A DNA stretch of 64,000 nt from Gammaproteobacteria bacterium. Lineage in GTDB: Bacteria; Pseudomonadota; Gammaproteobacteria; JAKDMP01. The notes beneath the pieces are model-generated. The model worked only from the letters and a program-made list of their open reading frames with translations, ran no database searches and had not been told where the DNA came from. Made by a program: the position numbers and the translations under genes. Within the stretch, counting starts at the first letter, position 1. Each line of letters opens with the position of its first letter. The stretch spans positions 20,872 to 84,871 of the forward strand of contig JBAUSV010000014.1 of assembly GCA_049581885.1 (NCBI GenBank), in the 5' to 3' direction. Below are positions 1 to 9,154 of this stretch, piece by piece.

Positions 1-929
1 AGCTGGCTGATACGGTGATCGCTTACGGTCAACTCGTGCCTGCGCCGGGCAGTATCGAATGGTTGAGTGCAGCTCGGACGGGACGGATTTCAGCCGTGCT
101 CGTTACGCAGGGTGGCCGGGTGAATAAGGGGCAGAGCCTGGTGCAAATAGAGACGACTCCGCAAACGCAAGCGACCTACCAGAGTGCAAAATCCGCTCTG
201 AGTTCGGCTCGGACAAAACTCGAGCAAACGCAGTCACTGGAAAAAAACGGACTCGCTACCCGCTCCGATCTGGCCACGGTGCAGGATGCCTTTGACAGTG
301 CAAAGGCTCGCCTGGCAGCACTTGAGGCCGAAGGCGTAGGCTCGCACGTCCAGACCCTGAAGGCCTCGGCAGCCGGTGTCGTCACACAGTTAGCCGTATC
401 GCGTGGCGAATGGGTCAGTGTGGGTGCCCGCATTGCCGCGCTCGCTCCGGTGGGAGCCCTGTGGGTGCGTTTGGGGCTTACGCCGGAGCAGGCCGCAGCC
501 GTCAAGCCGCAGGCCAGAGTCAGCCTCAGTCCTGTCTTCGGGGCAGGTAAGCCGTTGGTGAGTCACGTCGTCAGGGTGGCTGCGCAGGCCGATTCGAAAA
601 CCGGACTGATCGATGCCGAGGTGCCGTTGCCGGCAAGTCAGGCGGGGCCGTTTGCCGGCGAATGGGTGCGTGGCACCATTACGCTGCACAGCGACGAGTT
701 ACCTACCGTGGCTCGCTCGGCCGTGCTCCATGATGCTCGGGGATTCTATGTATTTGTGGTGCGTCATGGAACAGCTCACCGCGTGAGCGTCAAACCGCTT
801 ATACGTACGCACGGTCTGGTCGGTCTCAATGGCATTGAGCCGGGCGATGTGGTGGTTACGCAGGGCAATTTTGAATTGAGCGATGGCGCTGCCGTGCGGG
901 TAACCAAGGCGAAGGATTCCGGTTCGTGA
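1..929 (+). CDS. Efflux RND transporter periplasmic adaptor (membrane-fusion) subunit, 5'-truncated by window edge
   Basis: The reading frame is open to the window start; the first in-frame GTG is at 15. The translation has HlyD/biotin-lipoyl-like adaptor character, with coiled-coil and beta-barrel segments. It overlaps the downstream RND permease start by 4 nt (926-929), the typical adaptor-pump coupling. Confidence 0.7.
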   Translation, partial: LADTVIAYGQLVPAPGSIEWLSAARTGRISAVLVTQGGRVNKGQSLVQIETTPQTQATYQSAKSALSSARTKLEQTQSLEKNGLATRSDLATVQDAFDSAKARLAALEAEGVGSHVQTLKASAAGVVTQLAVSRGEWVSVGARIAALAPVGALWVRLGLTPEQAAAVKPQARVSLSPVFGAGKPLVSHVVRVAAQADSKTGLIDAEVPLPASQAGPFAGEWVRGTITLHSDELPTVARSAVLHDARGFYVFVVRHGTAHRVSVKPLIRTHGLVGLNGIEPGDVVVTQGNFELSDGAAVRVTKAKDSGS

Positions 930-3900
930 GGGTTTCTCTGGTCGAATGGATCGGACGCCACCGGCGTTCGTTGGTTTTTCTGGCGTTGATTCTCACCGCG
1001 GGCGGCATCTACAGTGCGCTCGGGCTGCCGGTGTCGCTGTTTCCGCATGTGCAGTTCCCGCGCATCCGGATCAGTCTTGATGCCGGCGATCGCCCGGCTC
1101 AGCGCATGGAGCTGCAAGTTACGCGTCCGATGGAATTGGCCGTGCGCAGCGTGCCTGGGGTCAAGGCCATTCACTCCACCACCAGCCGCGGTTCTACCGA
1201 AATCATCGCTGATTTCAAATGGGGCACCGACATGGTGCGCAAGCAGCTCGAGATCGAGGGTGCAGTCAGCAGTACGTTGCCCAAGGTGCCGCCGGGTACC
1301 ACCTTCGATGTCCAGCGCATGGAAACCAACCTGTATCCGGTGACAGGCTACAGTCTGACCTCGAAAACCGAATCGCCGGTGGCCTTGCGCAACCTGGCCG
1401 AATTCCAGCTCCGGCCGTTGCTCTCGAGCATTCCCGGCGTGGCGCACGTCGAAGTGCAGGGCGGACAGATTGCCGAATACCATGTCGATGTCAATCCGGC
1501 GCGTCTACAAGCGCTCGGCCTTGGCTTCAAGGACGTCTCCAATGCGTTGACTGCGCAGAACGTGTTCACCTCCATCGGCCGCTTGCAGGATCACTACCAG
1601 CTTTATCTCACCGTGGCCGACAGTCGGCTGGAAAACCCGCAGGACATAGGTGACGTCGTCGTCAAGCACGGAGCGGACGGCGTCGTACGGTTGCGCGATA
1701 TCGCAACTATAAAAACTTCGGTCGTGCCGCGCTGGGTCAGCGTGCGCGCCGACGGGCATAAGGCGGTACTGGTTAACATCTATCAACAACCCGGTGGCGA
1801 CACGATCGCAATTGCCCATGCGGTCGCGGCCAAACTGGCCGCCAATCGGAACCTCCTGCCGAACGGCGTTCAATTGCACCAGTGGTACGACCAGAGCGAA
1901 CTGGTGGCGGCATCGGCAGCCAGCGTACGCGATGCCATGATCATCGGCGTACTCATTGCCGCCTTGATCCTGTTTGTTTTTCTGCGCAGCTGGAAGGTGG
2001 CGTTGGTGGCGGCCGTGGCTGTACCTGTCGTGCTCGCCATTACCACGTTATTGCTGAAAGTTTTTGGGCAAGGCTTCAATATCATGACGCTTGGGGGCAT
2101 GGCTGCTGCGATCGGGCTATTCATCGACGATGTCGTGGTGATTGTGGAGCATCTAGTACGCCGCATGCGTGAAACGGGCAGCCATACTCCGGCAACCCTG
2201 TTCTCGGCAACGCGCGAATTTACCAAGCCGCTCATGGGCTCTTCACTTTCCACCATTATCATCTTTGCGCCGCTGGCCTTTCTCACAGGCGTGACAGGTG
2301 CTTTCTTTTCCGCCCTGTCTTTCACTATGGCGAGCGGGCTCATCATTTCCTTCTTCATTGCCTGGCTTGTGGTACCCGTGCTGGCGAGCTGGCTGCTCAG
2401 GCAGAAGGATGCCGGCATGGACCGCGACGGATTCATAGCGCGTCACTTCAAGACGCGCTACCGAATGGCGATGAGCATTGTGCTGCGCCGTCCGTGGTGG
2501 CTGCTTGCCGGGCTTATTCCTTTGCTTGTACTTGGATTCGTGGGTTACAAGCAGGTTGGCTCCGGCTTTCTGCCGCCGATGGATGAGGGCGGTTTCGTTC
2601 TCGATTACCTGGCGCCGCCGGGCGCTTCGCTCAAGGAGACCAATCGACTGCTGGCTCAGGTGGCAAAGATCATAGATCACGATCCCGCGGTGGCGACTTG
2701 GTCACTACGTACTGGCACTCAGCTCGGTGGCGGCATTACCGAGGCCAACACCGGGGATTTTTTCATCAAGTTGAAGCCTTTCCCGCGTCCGCCCATACAG
2801 AAAGTGATGGATCGCATCCGGGTGCGGATCCAGAACCGGGTGCCGTCTCTCGACATTGATACGGGCCAGCTCATGGAAGACATCATTGGCGATCTTACAT
2901 CCCAGCCACAACCCGTGGTGATCAAGCTGTTCGGTGACAACAATCAGCAGCTATTGAATCTGGCGCCGAAAATTGCACAACGTGTTTCTAAAATACGTGG
3001 CGTTGTGGAAGTGCGCGATGGGGTTGTAGTGGCCGGTGACGCACTCGATATACAGATAAACCGCACGCGGGCCGCGCTCAAGGGCATGATTCCGGCTGCG
3101 GTCAGCGCACAAGTCGAGTCGTACATGCAGGGTACGGTCGCCACCCAGGTGCAGAAGGGCATTCAGTTTGTGGGCGTGCGGGTATGGGTGCCCAAGTCGC
3201 AACGGGCGACAACCGAACAGGTGTCGGGGCTTTTGATCCGGTCTCCCAATGGGGACGTATTTCCGCTGAATCAAGTCGCAAAAGTAAAAGAGATTACAGG
3301 CCAACCCGAAATTACGCGCGAAGACCTCAAGCGCATGGTTGCGGTTTCGGGCCGTATCAGTGGACGCGATCTCGGCTCCACCATAGCTGCCGTCAAGAAG
3401 GCACTGAACAAGCCCGGCGTTATTCCTCATGGCGTGTACTACAAACTCGGGGGACTGTATCAGCAGCAGCAGGTAGCCTTCCACGGACTGATCGTCGTGT
3501 TTGCTACCGCCCTTGCGCTGGTCTTCGTTTTGCTGCTTTTTCTCTACGAACGCTTCCGCGTCGTGTTGGCAATTATTCTGCAACCGCTGCTCGCCATCTT
3601 CGCCGTTTTCTTCGGGCTATGGATTACCGGCACCGAACTCAATATTACGGCGATGATGGGGCTCACCATGATTATCGGCATCGTCACCGAAGTCGCGATC
3701 TTCTACTTCTCCGAATTCTACGATCTGGAAGGCTCCATGCCGCTCCCCGAGGCCATCGTACAGGCGGGCATCAATCGTGCCCGACCGATAGCCCTCACCA
3801 CGCTGGCCTTCATGCTCGCGCTCCTGCCGCTCGCGCTCGACATCGGCCGTGGAGCAGGAATGCTCGCTCCACTCGCCCGCGCCATCGTCTTCGGTCTCGC

Positions 3901-3982
3901 TGTTCAGCTTGGTCTCGTACTGGTAGTCATGCCCACCCTCTACTTCTGGATGAACCCGCGCCGCCGGCGCAACGCCAGCTAG
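926..3982 (+). CDS. Efflux RND transporter permease subunit (AcrB/CusA/CzcA superfamily, 1018 aa; N-terminus and TM4 region resemble heavy-metal-efflux type)
   Basis: 1018-aa ORF with a 12-TM-like hydrophobic pattern and two large periplasmic loops. It carries a 'GLFIDDVVVIVEH' TM4 motif, and its N-terminus 'VEVQGGQIAEYHVDVNPARLQALGL' resembles CusA/CzcA. Confidence 0.85.
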   Translation: MRVSLVEWIGRHRRSLVFLALILTAGGIYSALGLPVSLFPHVQFPRIRISLDAGDRPAQRMELQVTRPMELAVRSVPGVKAIHSTTSRGSTEIIADFKWGTDMVRKQLEIEGAVSSTLPKVPPGTTFDVQRMETNLYPVTGYSLTSKTESPVALRNLAEFQLRPLLSSIPGVAHVEVQGGQIAEYHVDVNPARLQALGLGFKDVSNALTAQNVFTSIGRLQDHYQLYLTVADSRLENPQDIGDVVVKHGADGVVRLRDIATIKTSVVPRWVSVRADGHKAVLVNIYQQPGGDTIAIAHAVAAKLAANRNLLPNGVQLHQWYDQSELVAASAASVRDAMIIGVLIAALILFVFLRSWKVALVAAVAVPVVLAITTLLLKVFGQGFNIMTLGGMAAAIGLFIDDVVVIVEHLVRRMRETGSHTPATLFSATREFTKPLMGSSLSTIIIFAPLAFLTGVTGAFFSALSFTMASGLIISFFIAWLVVPVLASWLLRQKDAGMDRDGFIARHFKTRYRMAMSIVLRRPWWLLAGLIPLLVLGFVGYKQVGSGFLPPMDEGGFVLDYLAPPGASLKETNRLLAQVAKIIDHDPAVATWSLRTGTQLGGGITEANTGDFFIKLKPFPRPPIQKVMDRIRVRIQNRVPSLDIDTGQLMEDIIGDLTSQPQPVVIKLFGDNNQQLLNLAPKIAQRVSKIRGVVEVRDGVVVAGDALDIQINRTRAALKGMIPAAVSAQVESYMQGTVATQVQKGIQFVGVRVWVPKSQRATTEQVSGLLIRSPNGDVFPLNQVAKVKEITGQPEITREDLKRMVAVSGRISGRDLGSTIAAVKKALNKPGVIPHGVYYKLGGLYQQQQVAFHGLIVVFATALALVFVLLLFLYERFRVVLAIILQPLLAIFAVFFGLWITGTELNITAMMGLTMIIGIVTEVAIFYFSEFYDLEGSMPLPEAIVQAGINRARPIALTTLAFMLALLPLALDIGRGAGMLAPLARAIVFGLAVQLGLVLVVMPTLYFWMNPRRRRNAS

Positions 3983-3990
3983 GTCTTTGA

Positions 3991-5403
3991 TTATTCTATT
4001 TTGTCTTGTTCTGGGGTGGTGATGGTTCGGGTGGTGCGGCCGATGCGTTTGACGTCGATTTCATTCTCGGAGTTGCCGATGCTCAGGTCCTGAAAGCGCC
4101 TGGCGGAGACGAGGACGCGCGATTCCAGTGTGCCCACGGATCTGTCGTAGGCGTCCACGGCCTGATTGAGGCGTTGGCCGACCGCACTCCAGTGCGAGGC
4201 GAGGTTGCCGATGCGGTCGTAGAGTTCCTTGCCGAGTTTGGCGATGTCCTGTGCATTGCGGGCCAGCGCTTCCTGACGCCAACCGTAGGAGACGGCCTTG
4301 AGCAGGGCGATAAGGGTAGTCGGGCTGGCCATGATGACGCGCTGTTCGGTGCCGTATTCGATCAGTCCCGGGTCTTGCATGAGTGCAGCGGAGAAGAAGG
4401 CCTCGCCGGGAACAAACAACACGGCGAACTCGGGAGCGGGGTCGAACTGGTCGAAGTAGCGTTTGCTGCCGAGTTTGACAATGTGGTCGCGCACCTGTCG
4501 GGCGTGGGCGACGAGGTGTTGTTTGCGGGTGGCATCCTCGTCGCTTTCGATCGCTTCCAGATAGGCTTCGACCGGCGCCTTGGCATCGACCACGATGTGG
4601 CGTCCGCCTGGCAAGTGTACTATAAGATCCGGACGCAGGCGGCCGTCTTCTGTGGTGGCGGAGACCTGCTCCTTGAAGTCGCAGTGCTCACTCATGCCGG
4701 CCATTTCCACCACGCGTTTCAGTTGTACCTCGCCCCAGCGGCCACGGGTTGCTGGTTGGCGCAGGGCTTTCACCAGTTGCGAGGTCTGGTCGCGCAGGTG
4801 CGGAATGTGGTCGTTGACGAGCGAACGCACCTGTTCGCTAAGCTCGCTGTAGGCGCCGACGCGGCTCTTTTCCAGGTCGTTTAGCTTGGTGTCGAATTTT
4901 TCGAGACGCTCGCGGATGGGCTGCGTCAGTTGTTCGATGGCCTTCTGCCGGTTGCCGAGATCGTCCTTCGCGCCTTTCTGAAACGATTCCAGCGAAGTTC
5001 TTGCCAGTTTCAGGAATTCTTCATTATTGGATTTGAGCGCCTCGGACGATAGCGCCTTGAAGGCATCCGACAGGTTGACGCGCGCTTGTTCCACCAATTT
5101 CAGCTTTTCTTCCGATTGCTGTTGTTGTTGTTGCAGCCGTTCCCGGAGTTCGGCCTGGCTGGCGCCGAGTTGCGAGACGTCAATCCGCTTGGCTTCCAAC
5201 GCCTGTTCGCTCTGGGTAAGACGCTCGCGCAGTTGCGCGGTTTCAGATTGTGCCACTTTCAGATCGGTTTGTGTCTGCGCCGATTCGCTTGTGCCATCGC
5301 GGTGGCCGGCCTGGTAGCGTGTGCGGGCGAGTATGAACCACGGCACGCTGGCCGCGGCTATGCCGATAGAGATCCCGACAAGTAGTGCTATCCAGCCGCT
5401 CAT
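3991..5403 (-). CDS. rmuC: DNA recombination protein RmuC
   Basis: 470 aa with an N-terminal TM helix, a long Q/E-rich coiled coil and a C-terminal RmuC nuclease-like domain ('GRHIVVDAKAPVEAY'). Confidence 0.85.
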   Translation of the reverse strand: MSGWIALLVGISIGIAAASVPWFILARTRYQAGHRDGTSESAQTQTDLKVAQSETAQLRERLTQSEQALEAKRIDVSQLGASQAELRERLQQQQQQSEEKLKLVEQARVNLSDAFKALSSEALKSNNEEFLKLARTSLESFQKGAKDDLGNRQKAIEQLTQPIRERLEKFDTKLNDLEKSRVGAYSELSEQVRSLVNDHIPHLRDQTSQLVKALRQPATRGRWGEVQLKRVVEMAGMSEHCDFKEQVSATTEDGRLRPDLIVHLPGGRHIVVDAKAPVEAYLEAIESDEDATRKQHLVAHARQVRDHIVKLGSKRYFDQFDPAPEFAVLFVPGEAFFSAALMQDPGLIEYGTEQRVIMASPTTLIALLKAVSYGWRQEALARNAQDIAKLGKELYDRIGNLASHWSAVGQRLNQAVDAYDRSVGTLESRVLVSARRFQDLSIGNSENEIDVKRIGRTTRTITTPEQDKIE

Positions 5404-5461
5404 GCGAACTTACTCGACGCTTGCGATGCACATAGATTAACGGGTTTGAATCTGTGTCGTG

Positions 5462-6997
5462 TCAGTCATTGGTCAGGCCCATGTTCCGGGCTTTTTTGCG
5501 TTCGTCCTCGAGGGCTTTCTTGTGCCGCTCGACCAGGGTTCGCTGCACCGGAGTGAGTTTGGGGTCGCGCAGAACCAATCGCAATTGAATGATGGCGCTG
5601 TGAAAATCGCCAACCAGATTATAGGCGTAGGCCATGGCGCGCAAGGCGAGTATTTTGTCGCCGGTCTTGTTGGCGGCAGTTGCAAGCAACTGATACAGAT
5701 CCGGATCGAACACGGACGCGTCGGGGTCCATTATCGGTTTGAGAACAACCACCGCCTTCGATGCCTGGTCGGCGTTGATCAGGGCACGCGCGTAGGCGCT
5801 GATAACCGCCCGGTTGTCAGGGTAAAGCGTATGGTCCTGCGCAAGCGCGTCCAGGCCGGCCTTGCCCTGGCCGGCCGCGATCAGCGATTCGGCCAGGCCG
5901 AGTTGCAATGCGATGTTATTGGGATGTGAATCGGTCAACGGCCGAATCAGTTTCAGCGCACGCTTGCCCGAGTCCAGGCGATTCAGACACAGCACCATGC
6001 CGTAAACGGCGGCCTCGCGATACCAGGGTTTATTCTCGGTTTTGACCTGGCCCTCGAACCAGGCCAGCGTGCTGGCCAGGTCATCGGAAGTCAGTACGCG
6101 GATGCGAGCCCGTACAAGGGCGTAGTTTGGGCTTTCCGTCAAAGGGTGGATATGCAGGTCCTTGGCACGGTTTTCGGCTTCGGCGATGCGGGTAATATCA
6201 AGGGGGTGATTGCTCAGGAACTGCGGAAGCTGGTAACCGGACAGCTCGGCCTGGCTTTCCATGTATTTAAAAAAATCGACCATGCCCTCGGGATTGAAGC
6301 GGGCGCGGGCAAGGATCATGATGCCGACGCGGTCCGCTGCAAATTCATCGGCACGCGTATAGTTGATTCCGTGCTGCATGCTCCCGCCAATGCCGCCCAT
6401 GACAGCGCCTACGCCAATGGCGGGTACGGCCACGGCCGCGGCTATGCCGCCGAGTATCATGGCCAGATCGATCAGATTGTTATAAGTGGCATCGGCCATC
6501 TGCCGGGCGATGTGACGTAGCGAGACGTGTGCGGTTTCGTGGGCCATTACGCCCGCCAGCTCGTCCTCGCTCTGGGTCACGAGAATCAGGCCATAGTTGA
6601 CGCCCACGAACGCGCCCGGCAGGGCAAAGGCGTTGACGTCCGGGTCCCTCACGACGAAGTAGTGGTAGGGTTCATCCGGGCCTTGCGCGACCGAGGATAG
6701 CCGATGGCCCACATAGTTCACATAGCTTTCCACCAACGGATCGTTAAGCACTCCGTCCTCGCCCTGAATCAGGTGGAAAATCTGCTCGCCCATGAAGTGC
6801 GCTTTCCACAGTGGCAATGCGACGCCGCCCGCGATGCCGAGTTGGGGCAGGGAGTAATCGGTGGCAGCAGCGGAAGTTGCGGACAGGGCGGCTGCCGTGG
6901 TGCCCGTAGCCGAGGCGGCGCTGGGCGCCCCCGCATATGCGGCAACGTTCGCGAGCAGGCAGCAGGCGATGGTGGCGAGAGCGGTCAGGTAACGCAT
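5462..6997 (-). CDS. bepA: Periplasmic M48 family metallopeptidase with C-terminal TPR repeats (BepA/YfgC-like)
   Basis: Signal peptide, an HEXXH motif ('HETAHVSLRH') in the N-terminal half and a TPR-like C-terminal half. The 511-aa length matches BepA. Confidence 0.65.
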   Translation of the reverse strand: MRYLTALATIACCLLANVAAYAGAPSAASATGTTAAALSATSAAATDYSLPQLGIAGGVALPLWKAHFMGEQIFHLIQGEDGVLNDPLVESYVNYVGHRLSSVAQGPDEPYHYFVVRDPDVNAFALPGAFVGVNYGLILVTQSEDELAGVMAHETAHVSLRHIARQMADATYNNLIDLAMILGGIAAAVAVPAIGVGAVMGGIGGSMQHGINYTRADEFAADRVGIMILARARFNPEGMVDFFKYMESQAELSGYQLPQFLSNHPLDITRIAEAENRAKDLHIHPLTESPNYALVRARIRVLTSDDLASTLAWFEGQVKTENKPWYREAAVYGMVLCLNRLDSGKRALKLIRPLTDSHPNNIALQLGLAESLIAAGQGKAGLDALAQDHTLYPDNRAVISAYARALINADQASKAVVVLKPIMDPDASVFDPDLYQLLATAANKTGDKILALRAMAYAYNLVGDFHSAIIQLRLVLRDPKLTPVQRTLVERHKKALEDERKKARNMGLTND

Positions 6998-7026
6998 TGG
7001 CTGATTTGACCTCCGCTCGATGGAAA

Positions 7027-7770
7027 TTACGTCACGTTCCGTATCATATTACGTGGCAAACGGCCGCGTGCCGCCTGCCACGCTGCGAATACGCGGCGTG
7101 GATCATGTCGTTGTGCGGATATGGATGACGTGCGGTCGGCATTTTTACGCCAGGCGAGGGCTGCGAGTACACGCAAGGGCGCTGGGGCCGCGACGATCAT
7201 GCGGGATTCGGCGGCCAGCAGCTTTCCCACCTCTGCCGAGATATGCTGCCGCGCTTCTCGGTCGAGTCCGTCTGCATGCAGCAAGCGTGTCAAGCCGACC
7301 GCCGTACCCAGAGGCGTGTAGTCTCCGGCCGGTGCGGATGCGTTGCCGAACAGTTGCGCAAAAGCCACCATTAAACGCGCAAGCCCGCGTTCGGCTCGCA
7401 TCTGTGCGGTGGCGAGATCGGTCACCGGGTCTTCGAGCAGTATCAGTTCCATCCCGGTCACCAGGTCAGCAAGCAGGAGGTGCGATGTATCGGCGTTGCC
7501 TTGAGCGAGTATTTTCGTAACGGGATGGCCAGGGCTGCCTGCGTCCAGACGTTCCAGCTCGTCGCGCCACCAGGCAAGTTTGGTGCGTGCGATAGTGAGG
7601 TCGCGAAAGCGGGTGGCTATGGCTTCCAATTCGATGAACAACGCCGCAGCGGCGCGTACAGTAGGACGCATTTCATGCGGGGAAAACAGCACGGCGAAAT
7701 AGAGGTCGTCGGCGGGGTCGGCGAGGCGTTCGTCACACCAGTTCCGGGTGCTGTGCGCGCCGGATTGCAT
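7027..7770 (-). CDS. Squalene/phytoene synthase-fold family protein (COG1562/NDUFAF6-like), function unknown
   Basis: Contains 'LYFAVLFSPHE...ARTKLAWWRDEL', characteristic of the trans-isoprenyl diphosphate synthase head-to-head family. The ORF track extends it to 7842, but the likely start is ATG at 7770, overlapping the upstream gene's stop (TGATG). Confidence 0.55.
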   Translation of the reverse strand: MQSGAHSTRNWCDERLADPADDLYFAVLFSPHEMRPTVRAAAALFIELEAIATRFRDLTIARTKLAWWRDELERLDAGSPGHPVTKILAQGNADTSHLLLADLVTGMELILLEDPVTDLATAQMRAERGLARLMVAFAQLFGNASAPAGDYTPLGTAVGLTRLLHADGLDREARQHISAEVGKLLAAESRMIVAAPAPLRVLAALAWRKNADRTSSISAQRHDPRRVFAAWQAARGRLPRNMIRNVT

Positions 7771-8450
7771 CAGGCCGTGGCGGCTTTGGCTTGCAGGGAG
7801 AGTACGAAGGTGCGCAGCTCGGCGACCGTGTCCGCATAGCAATCCGGCTGCCAGGTGCGCACAGTGGCTTCGTTCGGTGCGTAACCGAAGCCGACGATGG
7901 CGACGGGCATGCTGGCGGCCTGTGCCGCACGCACATCGATTTCGGCATCGCCTACGTAGAGCGTTTCTCCGGGGGGAATGCCGGCGGTTTCACAGGCATG
8001 CAGCAAGGGCAGGGGGTCGGGCTTTTTGGCCGCCACGCTGTCGCCGCCCAATACGCACACGGGTGAAGGCGTGAGTTTCAGAGCGTTGACAATCGGGCGC
8101 ACCAGCGCTACGGGCTTGTTGCTCACGATGCCCCAGCTTAAATCGTATCCGGCGAATTCGCCAATGAGCATATCGAGTCCGCCAAAAACGCGGGTGTGTA
8201 CTGCAGGCCGTTCGCCGTAGTGGGCGAACAGGCGGGCCGTGAGCCGATTAATGTCGGCTTCGCTCGCGTCGCCGTCGAAACTCGAAGCGAGGAGCTTGCG
8301 TGCGCCCGAGGATACCAGCGCGCGAACCTGGGCCACCGTGAGCGGAGGCCGGCCGTCCTCGGCCAGCGCCAGATTGGTGGCGAGCGCGATGTCCTCGGCC
8401 GTATCGGCCAACGTGCCGTCTAGATCGAACAGAACCATACGCAAACTCAT
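7770..8450 (-). CDS. HAD-superfamily phosphatase (phosphoglycolate phosphatase Gph / MupP-like)
   Basis: 'MVLFDLDGTLADT' HAD motif I plus downstream motifs. The start at 8450 overlaps the ubiG stop (ATGA). Confidence 0.75.
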   Translation of the reverse strand: MSLRMVLFDLDGTLADTAEDIALATNLALAEDGRPPLTVAQVRALVSSGARKLLASSFDGDASEADINRLTARLFAHYGERPAVHTRVFGGLDMLIGEFAGYDLSWGIVSNKPVALVRPIVNALKLTPSPVCVLGGDSVAAKKPDPLPLLHACETAGIPPGETLYVGDAEIDVRAAQAASMPVAIVGFGYAPNEATVRTWQPDCYADTVAELRTFVLSLQAKAATA

Positions 8451-9154
8451 GTCGCCATTTTCCGGTAGGCAGCGAGGTAGTTGACGTCGACGTTTTCGAC
8501 CAGGCACGCCTGTTTGCGCCAGGGTTCGTAGTGCAGGCCCGCGGTTTCGATCAGCTCCAGGCCAGCGGCGCGGGCCCAGGTATCGAGTTCGCTGGGGCGG
8601 ATAAAGCGGGTGTAGTCATGCGTGCCGCGCGGGATGAGATTGGTCAGGTATTCGCCGCCGACGATGGCGAGCAGCCAGGCGCGGGGCGTGCGGTTGAGGG
8701 TGGAGAAACAGGCGACGCCACTGTTTTTCAGCAGGGTGGCGCAGGCCGTGACGACGGAGGCCGGGTCGGGCACGTGTTCCAGCATTTCCGTGCACGTTAC
8801 CAGGTCGCATGCTCCGGGGCTTTCGGCAGCCATGTCTTCGGCTGCGATGTTGCGATATTCCACCTGAATGCCCGATTCGATGCCATGCAGGCGTGCTACT
8901 TCGAGCAAGGAATCGGCGAGGTCGATGCCGGTAGTGCGGGCGCCGGCAAAAGCCAGCGACTCGCTGAGTATGCCGCCTCCACAGCCGACATCCACTACTC
9001 GTGTTCCTTTTAACGCGGCGTGGCGCCGGATGAACTCGAGCCGCACGGGGTTGAGTTGATGAAGGGTGCGGAATTCGCCGTCCATATCCCACCAGCGCGA
9101 GGCCAGCGCGTCGAAATGGGCCAGTTCGGCGCTGTCGGCATTACGTTCAGCCAT
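8447..9154 (-). CDS. ubiG: Bifunctional 3-demethylubiquinone 3-O-methyltransferase / 2-polyprenyl-6-hydroxyphenol methylase
   Basis: SAM-binding motif 'VVDVGCGGGILSE' with full-length similarity to UbiG. Likely start is at 9154 (MAERNAD...). Confidence 0.9.
   Translation of the reverse strand: MAERNADSAELAHFDALASRWWDMDGEFRTLHQLNPVRLEFIRRHAALKGTRVVDVGCGGGILSESLAFAGARTTGIDLADSLLEVARLHGIESGIQVEYRNIAAEDMAAESPGACDLVTCTEMLEHVPDPASVVTACATLLKNSGVACFSTLNRTPRAWLLAIVGGEYLTNLIPRGTHDYTRFIRPSELDTWARAAGLELIETAGLHYEPWRKQACLVENVDVNYLAAYRKMAT

Noticed and set aside
3184-3990. 268-aa alternative-frame ORF inside the RND permease gene
   Set aside because: An out-of-frame overlap with a well-supported 1018-aa gene, with an Arg/His/Ser-rich artifact composition.
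5080-5140. Poly-Gln/Leu codon run (ttgttgttgttgttgcag) in rmuC
   Set aside because: A coding coiled-coil/poly-Q stretch in RmuC, not a simple sequence repeat locus of regulatory significance.
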